64,000 bases of DNA from Bacteroides sp. (GCA_051878775.1 JBJEKT010000223.1:1520-65519); one strand, 5' to 3'; counted from the stretch's first letter, positions 10,391 through 21,443 are shown. The notes: a model not told the origin generated them from the sequence alone. Numbers and translations: made by a program.

Positions 10391-10496
10391 AAATCTCAAA
10401 TAACTATTGCAAGAAATCTCAAAAAGGTGTATATTTGCATCGTAAAAAATCTCAAAAAGGTGTATTATATGGCAGGCCAAAAATCTCAAAAAGGTG
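10391..10496 (+). repeat. Direct repeats AAATCTCAAAAAGGTG x3 (plus one partial) around the promoter of the AAA gene
   Basis: Copies at 10414, 10447 and 10481 (33-34 bp spacing), partial at 10391; TATATTTG -7 box at 10430. Confidence 0.8.
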
Positions 10497-10510
10497 CAAA
10501 TAACATTGGT

Positions 10511-11860
10511 ATGAAGCGCAAAATATATAAGCAACTCCTTGATTGGAAGAAGAATAGAAACGGTGAGGTAGCACTTCTTGTAGAGGGAGCGCGACGCATC
10601 GGAAAGAGCTATATCGTAGAGGAGTTTGCCAGGAATGAATATGAGTCATATATCCTTATCGATTTCAATAAGGCCCCCCAAATGGTCAGAGACTGGTTCG
10701 ACCGCTACCTGGAAGACCTTGATACGCTGTTCCTCTATCTGAGTCAGCACTACAAAGTGAGGCTCTATGAACGCAAGTCGCTGATTATTCTCGACGAGAT
10801 ACAGCTATGTCCTAGAGCGAGAGCTGCCATCAAGTTTCTGGTGGCTGACAGAAGGTATGACTATATTGAGACAGGCTCCTTGGTAAGCATTAAGAAAAAT
10901 ACACAAGGTATCGTACTCCCTTCGGAAGAACGTTCAATACAAATGTACCCGATGGACTTTGAAGAGTTCCTCTGGGCTACCGGCAGCGACATGCTGATGG
11001 ACTTGATACGGCAGATGTATGCAGAGCGGAAACCGATGGGACAAGCTTTCCATCGTCAAGCCATGGATGCTTTCCGTCTCTATATGATAGTAGGAGGAAT
11101 GCCGCAAGCTGTCAAAAAGTATATTGAGACAAAGGATTTTGATGCCGTAGATGTTGCCAAACGCGATGTGCTGGCTATCTATCGTAATGACATCTTTCAT
11201 TATGCTGCTGAGATAGCCGATAAGGTGGTGTCAATCTTCGATCAGGTTCCTCCTCAGTTGTCCAAGCACGAAAAGAAATTCCGTCTTTCTGCCCTGAAGC
11301 CAGGTGCAAAATACCGTGATTGGGACGATGCTTTCTTCTGGCTGAAGGATGCGAGAGTTGTCAATATCTGCTACAACTCGACAGAGCCGAACATTGGACT
11401 TAAGATGAACGAAGACCGCACGACATTGAAATGTTATATGAACGATACGGGCTTATTGGTCAGTCATGCTTTCGATGAAAAGGGCATTGTGTCTTCTGAG
11501 ATTTACCGGAAACTGCTTTTTGATAAACTGGAGGTAAACGAGGGAATGCTCATTGAGAATATCGTGGCTCAGATGTTGACAGCTAGCGGCAACAAGCTCT
11601 TTTTCTATAGTAAGTCATCAGAGGAGGCCGAAGAACGGATGGAAATAGACTTCCTGCTTCAAAAGGACAGAGTGACCAGTCGCCATAATATCTGCCCGAT
11701 AGAGGTCAAGAGCGGCAAGAACTACACGTTATCTTCCCTTACGAAGTGCATGAAGAAGTTTGGAGAGTATATGGCCACTCCGACTGTCTTGCATGCGGCC
11801 GATTATAAGGTAGAGGGTGGTGTCACCTTTCTACCTCTTTATATGGCACCCTTGTTGTAA
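10511..11860 (+). CDS. AAA family ATPase (AAA_14 + DUF4143-type C-terminus)
   Basis: GARRIGKS Walker A, IILDEIQ Walker B, ETGS, GGMP, EIDF...PIEVKS. Confidence 0.9.
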   Translation: MKRKIYKQLLDWKKNRNGEVALLVEGARRIGKSYIVEEFARNEYESYILIDFNKAPQMVRDWFDRYLEDLDTLFLYLSQHYKVRLYERKSLIILDEIQLCPRARAAIKFLVADRRYDYIETGSLVSIKKNTQGIVLPSEERSIQMYPMDFEEFLWATGSDMLMDLIRQMYAERKPMGQAFHRQAMDAFRLYMIVGGMPQAVKKYIETKDFDAVDVAKRDVLAIYRNDIFHYAAEIADKVVSIFDQVPPQLSKHEKKFRLSALKPGAKYRDWDDAFFWLKDARVVNICYNSTEPNIGLKMNEDRTTLKCYMNDTGLLVSHAFDEKGIVSSEIYRKLLFDKLEVNEGMLIENIVAQMLTASGNKLFFYSKSSEEAEERMEIDFLLQKDRVTSRHNICPIEVKSGKNYTLSSLTKCMKKFGEYMATPTVLHAADYKVEGGVTFLPLYMAPLL

Positions 11861-11956
11861 ATCCAAGGATCTATTATCTTTGCCACTTGAATTGTAACAG
11901 ATATAATTTGTAAATGCACTATGTGTATTCCTGGATGGTGGATGCATAGACGAAGA

Positions 11957-11999
11957 TAAACTAACGGGCAGCCTCGTGTGGGGCCGCCCGTTAGTTTAT
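11957..11999. terminator. Bidirectional terminator
   Basis: ATAAACTAACGGGC...GCCCGTTAGTTTAT stem between convergent genes. Confidence 0.7.
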
Positions 12000-12022
12000 A
12001 GGGTTGAAATGAGTTCAGGCTG

Positions 12023-14041
12023 TTACTTCACCTGGAGATTGAGGATGCGGCTCTTGAACTGGCCGGCTTGGCGCAGGGGGAAGGAGAGGGTGCGCTGGTA
12101 GTACATCTTGGCACGCGGGTTGTACATCACAGGCTTCCATTCGTTCTCGCCGGGCTGGAAGTCGGTGAGGTCTTTCTCCTGGAAGGCTACCATCGTGATG
12201 GGGTTCAGTACCTCGCGCTTCTTGCCATCTACGTAGAGCGTGGTGTTGCGGTTGGTGCATTCGATGCTGATTTCCACCTTGCCCTCAGAGGGCAGACGGT
12301 AGTTGAAGGTGTTGTAGTAGCCATCGCGGGCAAAGCCGAGCCGACCGGTGCGGGGGTCAGAGAGGTAGAATACGGCTCGCTCTGAACGGAAGAGTTCGGT
12401 ACCCTTCTCTTCGGGCTGAAGCTCGATGGTGAAGCTGACGGTGTGGCCATAGCCGGCCTGCTCGATGGGGAGGATGCTACCGGCCTTCACTTCAGCCTGC
12501 GTGTAGCCACCTGCTACGCGTCCGGCTTCGTTCTCACCCGGTGCTTCGCCCAAGGCGGCACGCTGGGCATCATATTGGGCATAGGGGAGGGTTACGGCCG
12601 AACCGCTCCAGCACTTGGCAGCCATGGTCTGCAGGGCAGGGAAGAGGCGGTCATGGATGTCGGCCACGGAGATACCGTTACCACAGTGGTCGTTCCATAC
12701 GGCAAACATACCACCTTCCAGACAGGGGTCACCCTCTTCTAAAGTCTGTCGGCCCACCACAGCGGGTGTCCAATGCTCGTAGAGGTACTTGCAGTTGAGG
12801 TAGTCGTAGTAGTAGCCGGCGGCGGGCACGATATAGACGTAGCCGTCGGGGATGCTGATGAGTCGGTAGCCCAGCTCCTTCATCTCAAGTGGGTTAGCAT
12901 AGTCGTTTGACCAGCTGTGCATCAGTACGTTCTCCGACTTGACAGGCGTGTCACCCTTGGCATGGGTGAGTGAGCCCCACAGCACAGCCTGCTTGCCATA
13001 CTGCTCTACGAACTTGATGTAGCGGTCGGTGAAGTAGCGGAACTTCTCCACGACCTCCTTCTTGGCGTTGGAGTACTCGTCGGTGCCGATATGCACGCGC
13101 TTACCGCGGAACACAGGGTTCTTGCCTTCCAGGTACTCGCGGAAGAGGCCATCGCAGAATTCGTAGGTCTCGGGCTTGAAGAGGTCGAGATGGTCCATGC
13201 CATACTCTTGCGAACCAATCACGGGCTTGTACTGCGTGAAGGCCAGCGAGTGAGCAGGGATGTCAATTTCGGGGATAATCTCCACGCCGCAGCTGTCGGC
13301 CAGAGCTTGCAGGGCGATGAATTCAGCCTTCGTGTAGTAGCCATCCTTGGCGGCAAGGCCGGGATAGGTGTTGCACTCCAGGCGGAAGGCCGACTGCGTC
13401 TTGCTCCAGTCGTTGCCGAAGAACTGGCGGAAGCCGTTGTCATTGAGGTGTACCTGTAGGGTGTTCATCTTGTAGTAGCCCATCGTCTTGACCAGGCTGC
13501 GCATGTAGCTCATGGGGATGAACTTACGTCCGCAGTCCATCATGAAGCCGCGCATGGCGTAGCGGGGTGCATCAGTGGCTTCGCCCTGCGGCAGGGCTAC
13601 GTGCTGACGCGTGAGTTGGAGCAGCGTGCTGGCCGCCCACTGCAGGCCACGGAGATCGTGGGCCTCGGCCACTACCTGCTGGTTGATGCGCAGGGTGTAG
13701 CTCTCGTCGGCCTCTCCTTTCTTCTTGCGGAGTACGAAAGCGAAGTCGCCCTGGCGTGCCTTACCTTTCACTACGGCGAGCTTCATGCCTGTCAGTTCCT
13801 CATACGATGCCGCAAAGCGGCTGGCTGTAATCTGCGCTTCGTTGCCTCCTGAGTAGGTTACTCGGGCTGTGGGGGAAGGGGTGAAGGTGCCTTCTCCTCC
13901 GTTCCAGGTCTGTAACTCTGGTACTACGAAGGGTTTCTGCTGTTCCTGCGCATGGGCGGCAGGCGATAGAGTGAGGGCCGCACAAAGGGCCACGGCCGGC
14001 ATGATGCGCCGGCAGATTGCTGTCAACTGTTTTTTATTCAT
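12023..14041 (-). CDS. GH20 beta-N-acetylhexosaminidase-like protein, secreted
   Basis: Signal peptide, RGFMMDCGRKF, HLND, PEIDIPAHS, catalytic HIGTDEY. Confidence 0.9.
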   Translation of the reverse strand: MNKKQLTAICRRIMPAVALCAALTLSPAAHAQEQQKPFVVPELQTWNGGEGTFTPSPTARVTYSGGNEAQITASRFAASYEELTGMKLAVVKGKARQGDFAFVLRKKKGEADESYTLRINQQVVAEAHDLRGLQWAASTLLQLTRQHVALPQGEATDAPRYAMRGFMMDCGRKFIPMSYMRSLVKTMGYYKMNTLQVHLNDNGFRQFFGNDWSKTQSAFRLECNTYPGLAAKDGYYTKAEFIALQALADSCGVEIIPEIDIPAHSLAFTQYKPVIGSQEYGMDHLDLFKPETYEFCDGLFREYLEGKNPVFRGKRVHIGTDEYSNAKKEVVEKFRYFTDRYIKFVEQYGKQAVLWGSLTHAKGDTPVKSENVLMHSWSNDYANPLEMKELGYRLISIPDGYVYIVPAAGYYYDYLNCKYLYEHWTPAVVGRQTLEEGDPCLEGGMFAVWNDHCGNGISVADIHDRLFPALQTMAAKCWSGSAVTLPYAQYDAQRAALGEAPGENEAGRVAGGYTQAEVKAGSILPIEQAGYGHTVSFTIELQPEEKGTELFRSERAVFYLSDPRTGRLGFARDGYYNTFNYRLPSEGKVEISIECTNRNTTLYVDGKKREVLNPITMVAFQEKDLTDFQPGENEWKPVMYNPRAKMYYQRTLSFPLRQAGQFKSRILNLQVK

Positions 14042-14094
14042 AGGTTTAATATTAGAAAATAGTTCATACATATCATATAGGAGAAAGGTTCATA

Positions 14095-15258
14095 TCATAT
14101 CCACGTCAGTCGTTTCCAAAGCATCTCCAGCGGTCCTCGGCTGTGGCTTCTGAGCCACCAGCGGCAGAAGAGGTACTGCAGCAATACGCAGCAGACGCCG
14201 AGCAGCAGGCTCATGGTATGGCCGCTGTACTGATAGAGGCCGAGTCCCCAACCATAGAACAGGAAGCCCCCGATGACCGACTGACCCAGGTAGTTCGTGA
14301 GGCTCATCTTGCCGTAGGGTGCGATGGCGATGAGGCGCTTGCCCCACATCGTGCAATGGAAGGTCCACGTCACGGCGCAGACGATGAAGAGCATCATGGA
14401 GGCATTGCGCCACATGGTGAGCATTACCTGGAGCGAGTGGGACATGCAGGCGTTTTCCACCAACCTGGGCAACGTCTGCTGCACAGGCAGAATCAGGAAG
14501 AGGGCAAGGACTGAAGCCACCATCACGCGTACCCAGCGCTGGGCATTGTCTCCCTCCAGATAGAGGAAGCGCTTGCGGCCCATCAGGATACCCAGCAGGA
14601 AGAGGAAGAGGGTCTGCGTCATGCGGCCATTCTCAATGGCCCAGTAGAAATTGATGCGGAAGCCGTACTGGATGCCGGCCACGGCCACATCCCAGAGCGT
14701 GCCGTGGCTCTGCGGCTCAATCAAAGCGCCAAACAGGTTACCCGAACCCAGATCGAGCGGTTGCACGGAGGGGTCGATGGCTCCCCATACCAGATAGAGC
14801 AGCTCGATGGGTTGCAGGGCCAGGAAGAGGGCTATCCAGCCCAGGACCTTGTTGCTCAGCCGGATGAGCGGAAGCACCAACAGGCCACCCACGGCATAGA
14901 CTGTAAGGATATCGCCGTTGAAGAAGAGCAGGTCCAGCAGGCCGAAGCCCATGAGCAGTGCCATGCGCCAGGCAAAGCGCAGGCGGAAGTCCTTGCCTTT
15001 CTGGGCCTGGTTGTCGTGCTGGATGAAGAAACTCAGTCCGAAGAGGAGCGAGAAGATGGCGTACATCTTGCCGCCACAGAGGAAGAACATGGAGTCCCAA
15101 ACCACACGGTCGAGCGTGGAAAGCGCTGGAAACTTGTAGAAATTCATGTGCTCGATGAAGTGTAGCATCACAATGCCGCCGATGGCAATGCCACGAAGGA
15201 TGTCGGCTGCATCCACACGGGTATTGGGCAGCGACGAAGGTCTGTAGGTATAGCTCAT
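14095..15258 (-). CDS. DUF418/YeiB-like membrane protein
   Basis: DILRGIAI, FSLLFG, GDIL, GKMSLTNY, GPLE motifs. Confidence 0.85.
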   Translation of the reverse strand: MSYTYRPSSLPNTRVDAADILRGIAIGGIVMLHFIEHMNFYKFPALSTLDRVVWDSMFFLCGGKMYAIFSLLFGLSFFIQHDNQAQKGKDFRLRFAWRMALLMGFGLLDLLFFNGDILTVYAVGGLLVLPLIRLSNKVLGWIALFLALQPIELLYLVWGAIDPSVQPLDLGSGNLFGALIEPQSHGTLWDVAVAGIQYGFRINFYWAIENGRMTQTLFLFLLGILMGRKRFLYLEGDNAQRWVRVMVASVLALFLILPVQQTLPRLVENACMSHSLQVMLTMWRNASMMLFIVCAVTWTFHCTMWGKRLIAIAPYGKMSLTNYLGQSVIGGFLFYGWGLGLYQYSGHTMSLLLGVCCVLLQYLFCRWWLRSHSRGPLEMLWKRLTWI

Positions 15259-15487
15259 AACTATATTTATAAAGGTGTAACTATAATGTAATAATTAGGT
15301 TATTCAGCGTTTCACAATGCGTACAAAGTTACGCCATTTTTCCATAATGCAGAAGATTTTTCCAGGGAAATCCTCCATTAAGAGCCAATTTTGTGTTTTT
15401 TTAGGCAGAAAAGCATGAGGTTATGGAGGAAATGCCTATATTTGCGCGGAATTTAATTTTTTTGAACGTTTAAAGCAATTTGAAAGT

Positions 15488-15733
15488 ATGAAGACGAAAA
15501 TGTTTGTTGCTGCTTTTGCAGCTATGTTTGCATTCTCTGTAATGTCGTGTGGTAACAAGAAGGCTGCTGAGGCTCCCGCTGAAGGAGCTGCCGTAGAGTG
15601 TGCTGCTGCTGAAGGCTGCTGCAAGGGTGACTCTGCCAAGGCTTGCTGCAAGGGCGATTCTGCCAAGGCTTGCTGCAAGGGTGACTCTGCAAAGTGCGAG
15701 AAGAAGTGTGAGAAGGCTTGCGAAAAGAAGTAA
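15488..15733 (+). CDS. Small Cys-rich lipoprotein with CCKGDSAK repeats
   Basis: Lipobox VMSC, three 27-bp tandem repeats, TATATTTG -7 box at about 15437, hairpin terminator at about 15768-15810. Confidence 0.75.
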   Translation: MKTKMFVAAFAAMFAFSVMSCGNKKAAEAPAEGAAVECAAAEGCCKGDSAKACCKGDSAKACCKGDSAKCEKKCEKACEKK

Positions 15734-15953
15734 TTTTCGGAGCTGACTTATTTTACTCTAGACGAACAAAGGCATTCCCAGTCATTACTGATGGGGTGCC
15801 TTTCTTTTTTCTTCCACTTTATCTCTTATATTTTCATCGTCCATTTTCCCTTTTGATTATAAAATGATATTTCAGGAAAGAAAAAAGTGAGATTTTGTTT
15901 GTGTGATAGGATTTTTTGCTTACCTTTGCACCGTTTTTTAAAAAAGACGAGAA

Positions 15954-16040
15954 ATGATGGATTTGAATTCTACCTATATTCTGCTTTGCGGCATTATTAT
16001 TCTACTAAGCAAATTTAGTGGAAGTGAGTGTCGTGCGTGA
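15954..16040 (+). CDS. Leu/Ile-rich leader peptide (MMDLNSTYILLCGIIILLSKFSGSECRA)
   Basis: 28-aa ORF with ATT-CTG-CTT..ATT-ATT-ATT-CTA-CTA, located between the -7 box TACCTTTG (15921) and a terminator before leuA. Confidence 0.75.
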   Translation: MMDLNSTYILLCGIIILLSKFSGSECRA

Positions 16041-16067
16041 ATAGATGTGGAATACATCGGATATACG

Positions 16068-16103
16068 AAAGCCTTTCTCACTTCCCTGTGTGAAAGGCTT
16101 TTT
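16068..16103 (+). terminator. Attenuator terminator of the leu operon
   Basis: AAAGCCTTTCTCAC-loop-GTGTGAAAGGCTTT followed by a T-run. Confidence 0.8.
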
Positions 16104-16155
16104 GATTTTGCGAAGTGAATGAAAGATAAGATACAAATTAAAAAACGAAATAACA

Positions 16156-17652
16156 ATGAGTGATAGACTTTTTATTTTCGACACCACCCTCCGCGATGGT
16201 GAACAGGTGCCTGGCTGCCAGCTGAATACCGTAGAAAAGATTCAAGTGGCCAAGCAGCTGGAACTGCTCGGGGTGGATGTGATTGAGGCCGGATTCCCCA
16301 TTTCGAGTCCCGGCGACTTTAATTCGGTAATTGAGATTTCCAAGGCCGTGACATGGCCTACCATCTGTGCCCTGACGCGTGCGGTGCAGAAGGATATCGA
16401 TGTAGCGGTAGAGGCTCTGCGCTATGCCAAGCACAAGCGCATCCATACGGGTATCGGTACATCCGACTCGCACATCCGCTACAAGTTCAACTCCAACCGT
16501 GAGGAGATCATCGAGCGGGCTGTAGCTGCCGTGAAGTATGCCCGTCAGTTTGTGGATGACGTAGAATTCTATGCCGAGGATGCAGGCCGCACGGAGAATG
16601 AGTACCTGGCCCGCGTGGTGGAGGCTGTCATCAAGGCAGGAGCCACGGTGGTCAACATTCCTGATACGACAGGCTACTGCCTGCCGTCGGAGTATGGAGC
16701 CAAGATTCAGTACCTGATGGAGCATGTCAATGGCATTCACAACGCCATCATCTCCACCCACTGCCATAATGACCTGGGCATGGCAACGGCCAACACAATG
16801 GCTGGCGTGCTCAATGGTGCGCGTCAGGTGGAGGTGACCATCAACGGCATCGGTGAACGGGCCGGTAACACTTCGCTTGAAGAGGTGGCTATGATTATCA
16901 AGTGCCACAAAGATATTGATATAGAGACCAATATCAATACGCAGAAGATTTATCCCACGAGCCGCATGGTATCGAGCCTGATGAATATGCCCGTGCAGCC
17001 CAACAAGGCCATTGTGGGCCGCAACGCCTTTGCCCATTCGTCGGGCATCCACCAGGACGGTGTGCTGAAGAATGTGCAGACCTACGAGATCATTGACCCG
17101 CACGATGTGGGTATTGATGATAACTCCATCGTATTGACAGCACGCAGTGGACGTGCTGCCCTCAAGAACCGACTCCACGTGCTGGGTGTACAGCTGGATC
17201 AGGAGAAACTGGATAAGGTCTATGAAGAGTTCCTCAAGTTGGCCGACAAGAAGAAGGACATCAACGACGATGATATCCTGCTCCTGGCTGGTGCGGACCG
17301 TACGCAGAACCATCGCATCAAGCTGGAGTATCTCCAGGTGACGAGTGGAGTGGGAGTGAAGTCGGTTGCCAGTCTGGGCTTGAGCATCTCTGGTGAGAAG
17401 TTTGAGGCCTGCGCCAGCGGTAATGGTCCAGTGGATGCAGCCATCAAGGCGCTCAAGAAGATTATCGATCGCCACATGACGCTCAAGGAGTTTACCATCC
17501 AGGCCATCAGCAAGGGCAGTGACGACATGGGTAAGGTGCATATGCAGGTGGAGTACGACGGTCACGTCTATTATGGCTTTGGAGCCAACACCGACATCAT
17601 CGCCGCCTCGGTAGAGGCCTATATCGACTGTATCAATAAGTTTAAGAACTAA
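16156..17652 (+). CDS. leuA: 2-isopropylmalate synthase
   Basis: [31 protein letters not shown], regulatory domain GNGPVDA. Confidence 0.96.
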   Translation: MSDRLFIFDTTLRDGEQVPGCQLNTVEKIQVAKQLELLGVDVIEAGFPISSPGDFNSVIEISKAVTWPTICALTRAVQKDIDVAVEALRYAKHKRIHTGIGTSDSHIRYKFNSNREEIIERAVAAVKYARQFVDDVEFYAEDAGRTENEYLARVVEAVIKAGATVVNIPDTTGYCLPSEYGAKIQYLMEHVNGIHNAIISTHCHNDLGMATANTMAGVLNGARQVEVTINGIGERAGNTSLEEVAMIIKCHKDIDIETNINTQKIYPTSRMVSSLMNMPVQPNKAIVGRNAFAHSSGIHQDGVLKNVQTYEIIDPHDVGIDDNSIVLTARSGRAALKNRLHVLGVQLDQEKLDKVYEEFLKLADKKKDINDDDILLLAGADRTQNHRIKLEYLQVTSGVGVKSVASLGLSISGEKFEACASGNGPVDAAIKALKKIIDRHMTLKEFTIQAISKGSDDMGKVHMQVEYDGHVYYGFGANTDIIAASVEAYIDCINKFKN

Positions 17653-17701
17653 AGAGATACCTCATTATCTTTTTTTAATTTTACGTTTAAATTAAAAAGA
17701 C

Positions 17702-19102
17702 ATGAATACACTTTTCGACAAGATTTGGGACGCCCACGTGGTTCAGCAGGTGGAAGAGGGTCCCACACAGCTTTATATCGACCGCCTCTATTGCCACGAG
17801 GTGACCAGTCCGCAGGCGTTTGAAGGGATGCGTAAGCGTGGACTGAAGTGCTTCCGTCCTGAGAAGATCTACTGTATGCCTGACCACAACACCCCTACGC
17901 ATGACCAGGATAAGCCCATTGACGACCCTGTGAGCAAGACGCAGGTGGATACCCTCGCCCGCAATGCGGAGGAGTTTGGCCTGACCCACTTTGGCATGAT
18001 GAACCCCAAGAACGGCATCATCCACGTGGTAGGTCCTGAGCGCGGACTCACCCTGCCGGGCATGACGATTGTCTGTGGTGACTCCCACACCTCCACGCAC
18101 GGTGCCATGGGTGCTGTGGCTTTTGGTATCGGAACCAGTGAGGTGGAGATGGTGATGGCTTCGCAATGCATCCTGCAGACGCGCCCCAAGACCATGCGCA
18201 TCACCGTGGACGGTCGCTTGGGCAAGGGCGTGACGGCCAAGGACCTGGCCCTCTACATGATGTCGAAGATGACCACCAGCGGTGCTACGGGCTACTTCGT
18301 AGAGTATGCAGGTGAGGCTGTGCGCAGCCTCAGCATGGAGGGACGCTTGACGCTCTGCAACCTCTCCATAGAGATGGGTGCCCGAGGTGGTATGGTAGCC
18401 CCCGATGAGACCACTTTCGCTTACATCAAGGGACGTGAATATGCGCCGAAGGGTGAGGCATGGGAGCAGGCCGTGGCTTACTGGAAGACACTGAAGAGTG
18501 ACGATGATGCCGTCTTCGACAAGGAGGTGCGCTACGATGCTGCTGACATTGAACCGATGATTACCTACGGTACCAACCCGGGAATGGGTATGGGCATCAC
18601 GCAGCAGATTCCCACCACTGAAGGAATGGGTGAAGCTGCTCAGGCTTCGTTTGGCAAGTCGCTGGGCTATATGGGTTTCCAGCCTGGTGAGGCCTTGCTT
18701 GGTAAGCCCGTGGATTATGTCTTCCTCGGAGCTTGTACCAACGGCCGTATCGAGGACTTCCGCGCTTTTGCTTCAATTGCTAAGGGACGTAAAAAGGCTG
18801 ATAACGTAGTGGCTTGGCTCGTACCTGGTTCATGGATGGTGGATGCACAGATTCGTGAGGAGGGACTTGATAAGGTGCTTACTGAGGCTGGATTTGAGAT
18901 TCGTCAGCCGGGGTGCTCAGCCTGTCTGGCCATGAATGATGACAAGATTCCTGCAGGCAAGTACTCCGTATCGACCAGCAACCGCAATTTCGAAGGACGC
19001 CAAGGTCCCGGTGCGCGCACCCTGCTGGCTAGCCCCTTGACCGCAGCTGCAGCGGCTGTAACGGGTGTGATTACTGACCCTCGTACCTTGATGCAGGATT
19101 AA
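17702..19102 (+). CDS. leuC: 3-isopropylmalate dehydratase large subunit
   Basis: [43 protein letters not shown]. Confidence 0.97.
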   Translation: MNTLFDKIWDAHVVQQVEEGPTQLYIDRLYCHEVTSPQAFEGMRKRGLKCFRPEKIYCMPDHNTPTHDQDKPIDDPVSKTQVDTLARNAEEFGLTHFGMMNPKNGIIHVVGPERGLTLPGMTIVCGDSHTSTHGAMGAVAFGIGTSEVEMVMASQCILQTRPKTMRITVDGRLGKGVTAKDLALYMMSKMTTSGATGYFVEYAGEAVRSLSMEGRLTLCNLSIEMGARGGMVAPDETTFAYIKGREYAPKGEAWEQAVAYWKTLKSDDDAVFDKEVRYDAADIEPMITYGTNPGMGMGITQQIPTTEGMGEAAQASFGKSLGYMGFQPGEALLGKPVDYVFLGACTNGRIEDFRAFASIAKGRKKADNVVAWLVPGSWMVDAQIREEGLDKVLTEAGFEIRQPGCSACLAMNDDKIPAGKYSVSTSNRNFEGRQGPGARTLLASPLTAAAAAVTGVITDPRTLMQD

Positions 19103-19134
19103 ACATCTACTTCAATATCTAACCATAACAATAT

Positions 19135-19734
19135 ATGAAACAGAAATTTGACATCATAACAAGTACCTGTGTGCCCCTTCCGCTGGAGAATGTGGACACT
19201 GACCAGATTATTCCCGCCCGCTTCCTGAAAGCCACAACACGTGAGGAGAAGTTTTTTGGCGACAATCTCTTTCGTGACTGGCGCTACAAGGCCGATGGAA
19301 GCCTGAATCCCGACTTTGTGCTCAACAATCCGCTCTATAGCGGTCAGATACTGGTGGCAGGCAAGAACTTCGGTTCCGGTTCAAGCCGCGAACATGCCGC
19401 TTGGGCTATTGCTGGCTATGGCTTCCGCGTGGTTATCAGCAGCTTCTTTGCAGATATCCACAAGAACAATGAGTTGAACAACTTCGTATTGCCAGTGGTG
19501 GTAAGTGAGGATTTCTTGCAGGAACTGTTCGCCAGCATCGAGGCCAATCCCAAGATGGAGGTGGAGGTGAACCTGCCTGCCCAGACGGTGACCAACAAAG
19601 CTACGGGTCGCAGCGAGCATTTCGAAATCAACGCCTACAAGAAGCACTGTTTGATGAACGGTCTGGATGACATCGATTTCCTGGTGGAGAACAAGTCGCG
19701 CATTGAGGCCTACGAATCTATGGCACGCAGATGA
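19135..19734 (+). CDS. leuD: 3-isopropylmalate dehydratase small subunit
   Basis: NVDTDQIIPARFL, NFGSGSSREHA, NGLDDI. Confidence 0.97.
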   Translation: MKQKFDIITSTCVPLPLENVDTDQIIPARFLKATTREEKFFGDNLFRDWRYKADGSLNPDFVLNNPLYSGQILVAGKNFGSGSSREHAAWAIAGYGFRVVISSFFADIHKNNELNNFVLPVVVSEDFLQELFASIEANPKMEVEVNLPAQTVTNKATGRSEHFEINAYKKHCLMNGLDDIDFLVENKSRIEAYESMARR

Positions 19735-19765
19735 CCCGGATTTTTACGGATGACCACAATTTTTT

Positions 19766-21304
19766 ATGAATAGTAATCAACCGCAAATCGAGATAATGGA
19801 CACCACCCTGCGGGATGGGGAACAGACCAGCGGGGTGTCGTTTGTGCCGCATGAGAAGCTCATGATTGCCCGCCTGTTGCTTGAGGAACTGAAGGTGGAT
19901 CGTGTGGAGGTGGCTTCAGCACGGGTGTCGGAAGGAGAATTTGAGGCGGTGAGCAGTATCTGCCGCTGGGCCGGTCAGCACGGCTACCTGGATAGGGTAG
20001 AGGTGTTGGGCTTTGTGGACGATGGCAAGTCGCTTCAGTGGATTCATGATGCCGGTGGAAAGGTAATCAATCTCTTGACCAAAGGGTCATATCGACATTG
20101 TACTCAGCAACTTAAGAAAACACCTAAACAGCATCTCAGCGATATCAGAGCCAATGTGCGTATGGCGTTGGATATGGGGTTCAGCGTGAATGTCTATCTG
20201 GAGGACTGGAGCAACGGCATGAAGGATTCGCCCGACTATGTATTCCAGTTGATGGATGGACTGCAGGGTATCGGTATCAGCCGTATCATGCTGCCCGACA
20301 CGCTGGGTGTGCTCAACCCCTTGCAGCTCATCAGCTACATGCGCAAGATGGTGAAGCGCTATCCAAATGTTCACTTCGACTTCCATGCCCACAACGACTA
20401 TGACCTGGCTGTGAGCAATGTGCTGGCGGCAGTGTTGAGTGGCTGTAAGGGTCTTCATACGGCCATTAACGGACTGGGTGAACGGGCAGGCAATGCGCCA
20501 CTGGCCAGTGTGCAGGCCATCCTGAAGGACCACTTCCACGCCTCTACCCACATCAATGAGGAGAAGCTGAATGAAGTGAGTCACCTGGTGGAGAGCTACA
20601 GCGGCATTGCCATTCCGCCCAATAAGCCCATCGTGGGTAGCAGCGTCTTTACACAGGTAGCCGGAGTCCACGCCGATGGGGACAACAAGAACAACCTCTA
20701 CTGCAACGACCTCTTGCCCGAGCGCTTTGGCCGCAAACGCGAATATGCTCTCGGCAAGGCCAGTGGCAAGGCCAACATCCGTAAGAACCTGGAGGAGTTG
20801 GGCCTGCAGCTGAGCGAGGAGGCCATGAAGAGGGTGACTGAGCGCATCATCGAGCTGGGCGATAAGAAGGAACTGGTGACGCAGGAGGACCTGCCCTACA
20901 TCGTAAGCGATGTGCTGAAGCATACCTCTATCGATGAGAAGGTGAAGCTGCAGAGCTACATGGTCAGCACGGCCTACGGACTCAAGCCCATGGCCTGCGT
21001 GCGGCTGGAAGTGAACGGACAGGTGTATGAGGAGAATGCGGCTGGCGACGGTCAGTATGATGCCTTCGTACGGGCCATCCGGCACATCTATCGCGACAAG
21101 CTGGGACGGAAGTTCCCCTGGCTGGCCAACTACAACGTCTCTATTCCCCCGGGTGGACGGACCGATGCACTGGTACAGACCACCATCGAATGGACTTTCG
21201 AGGGAAAGAGCTACCGTACCCATGCGCTTGATGCCGACCAGACCGAGGCAGCCATGAAGGCTACCATCAAGTTGCTCAACCTCATTGAGTCGAGTTACAC
21301 CTGA
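19766..21304 (+). CDS. cimA: Citramalate synthase (LeuA paralogue)
   Basis: [31 protein letters not shown]; position between leuD and leuB as in Bacteroides. Confidence 0.85.
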   Translation: MNSNQPQIEIMDTTLRDGEQTSGVSFVPHEKLMIARLLLEELKVDRVEVASARVSEGEFEAVSSICRWAGQHGYLDRVEVLGFVDDGKSLQWIHDAGGKVINLLTKGSYRHCTQQLKKTPKQHLSDIRANVRMALDMGFSVNVYLEDWSNGMKDSPDYVFQLMDGLQGIGISRIMLPDTLGVLNPLQLISYMRKMVKRYPNVHFDFHAHNDYDLAVSNVLAAVLSGCKGLHTAINGLGERAGNAPLASVQAILKDHFHASTHINEEKLNEVSHLVESYSGIAIPPNKPIVGSSVFTQVAGVHADGDNKNNLYCNDLLPERFGRKREYALGKASGKANIRKNLEELGLQLSEEAMKRVTERIIELGDKKELVTQEDLPYIVSDVLKHTSIDEKVKLQSYMVSTAYGLKPMACVRLEVNGQVYEENAAGDGQYDAFVRAIRHIYRDKLGRKFPWLANYNVSIPPGGRTDALVQTTIEWTFEGKSYRTHALDADQTEAAMKATIKLLNLIESSYT

Positions 21305-21443
21305 GCAGTAAGACCTACTTCATGCAGCAAGTCATGCTTGGACAGCATATACAGCGCTTTTTCCGCAGGACTGTTGGCTCATTGAGCGGAAATACCTAAT
21401 TTTGTAGCCAAAAAATAAAAAACAACTAAATAAAAAAAACATC

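Noticed and set aside
10427-10510. ORF-track N-terminal extension of the AAA ATPase
   Set aside because: It runs through the promoter and repeats; MKRKIY at 10511 is the family-typical start.
9538-10534. Short ORFs 9538-9843, 9966-10325, 10042-10296 and 10322-10534
   Set aside because: They lie in AT-rich or repeat-containing intergenic DNA, overlap each other and show no coding signature.
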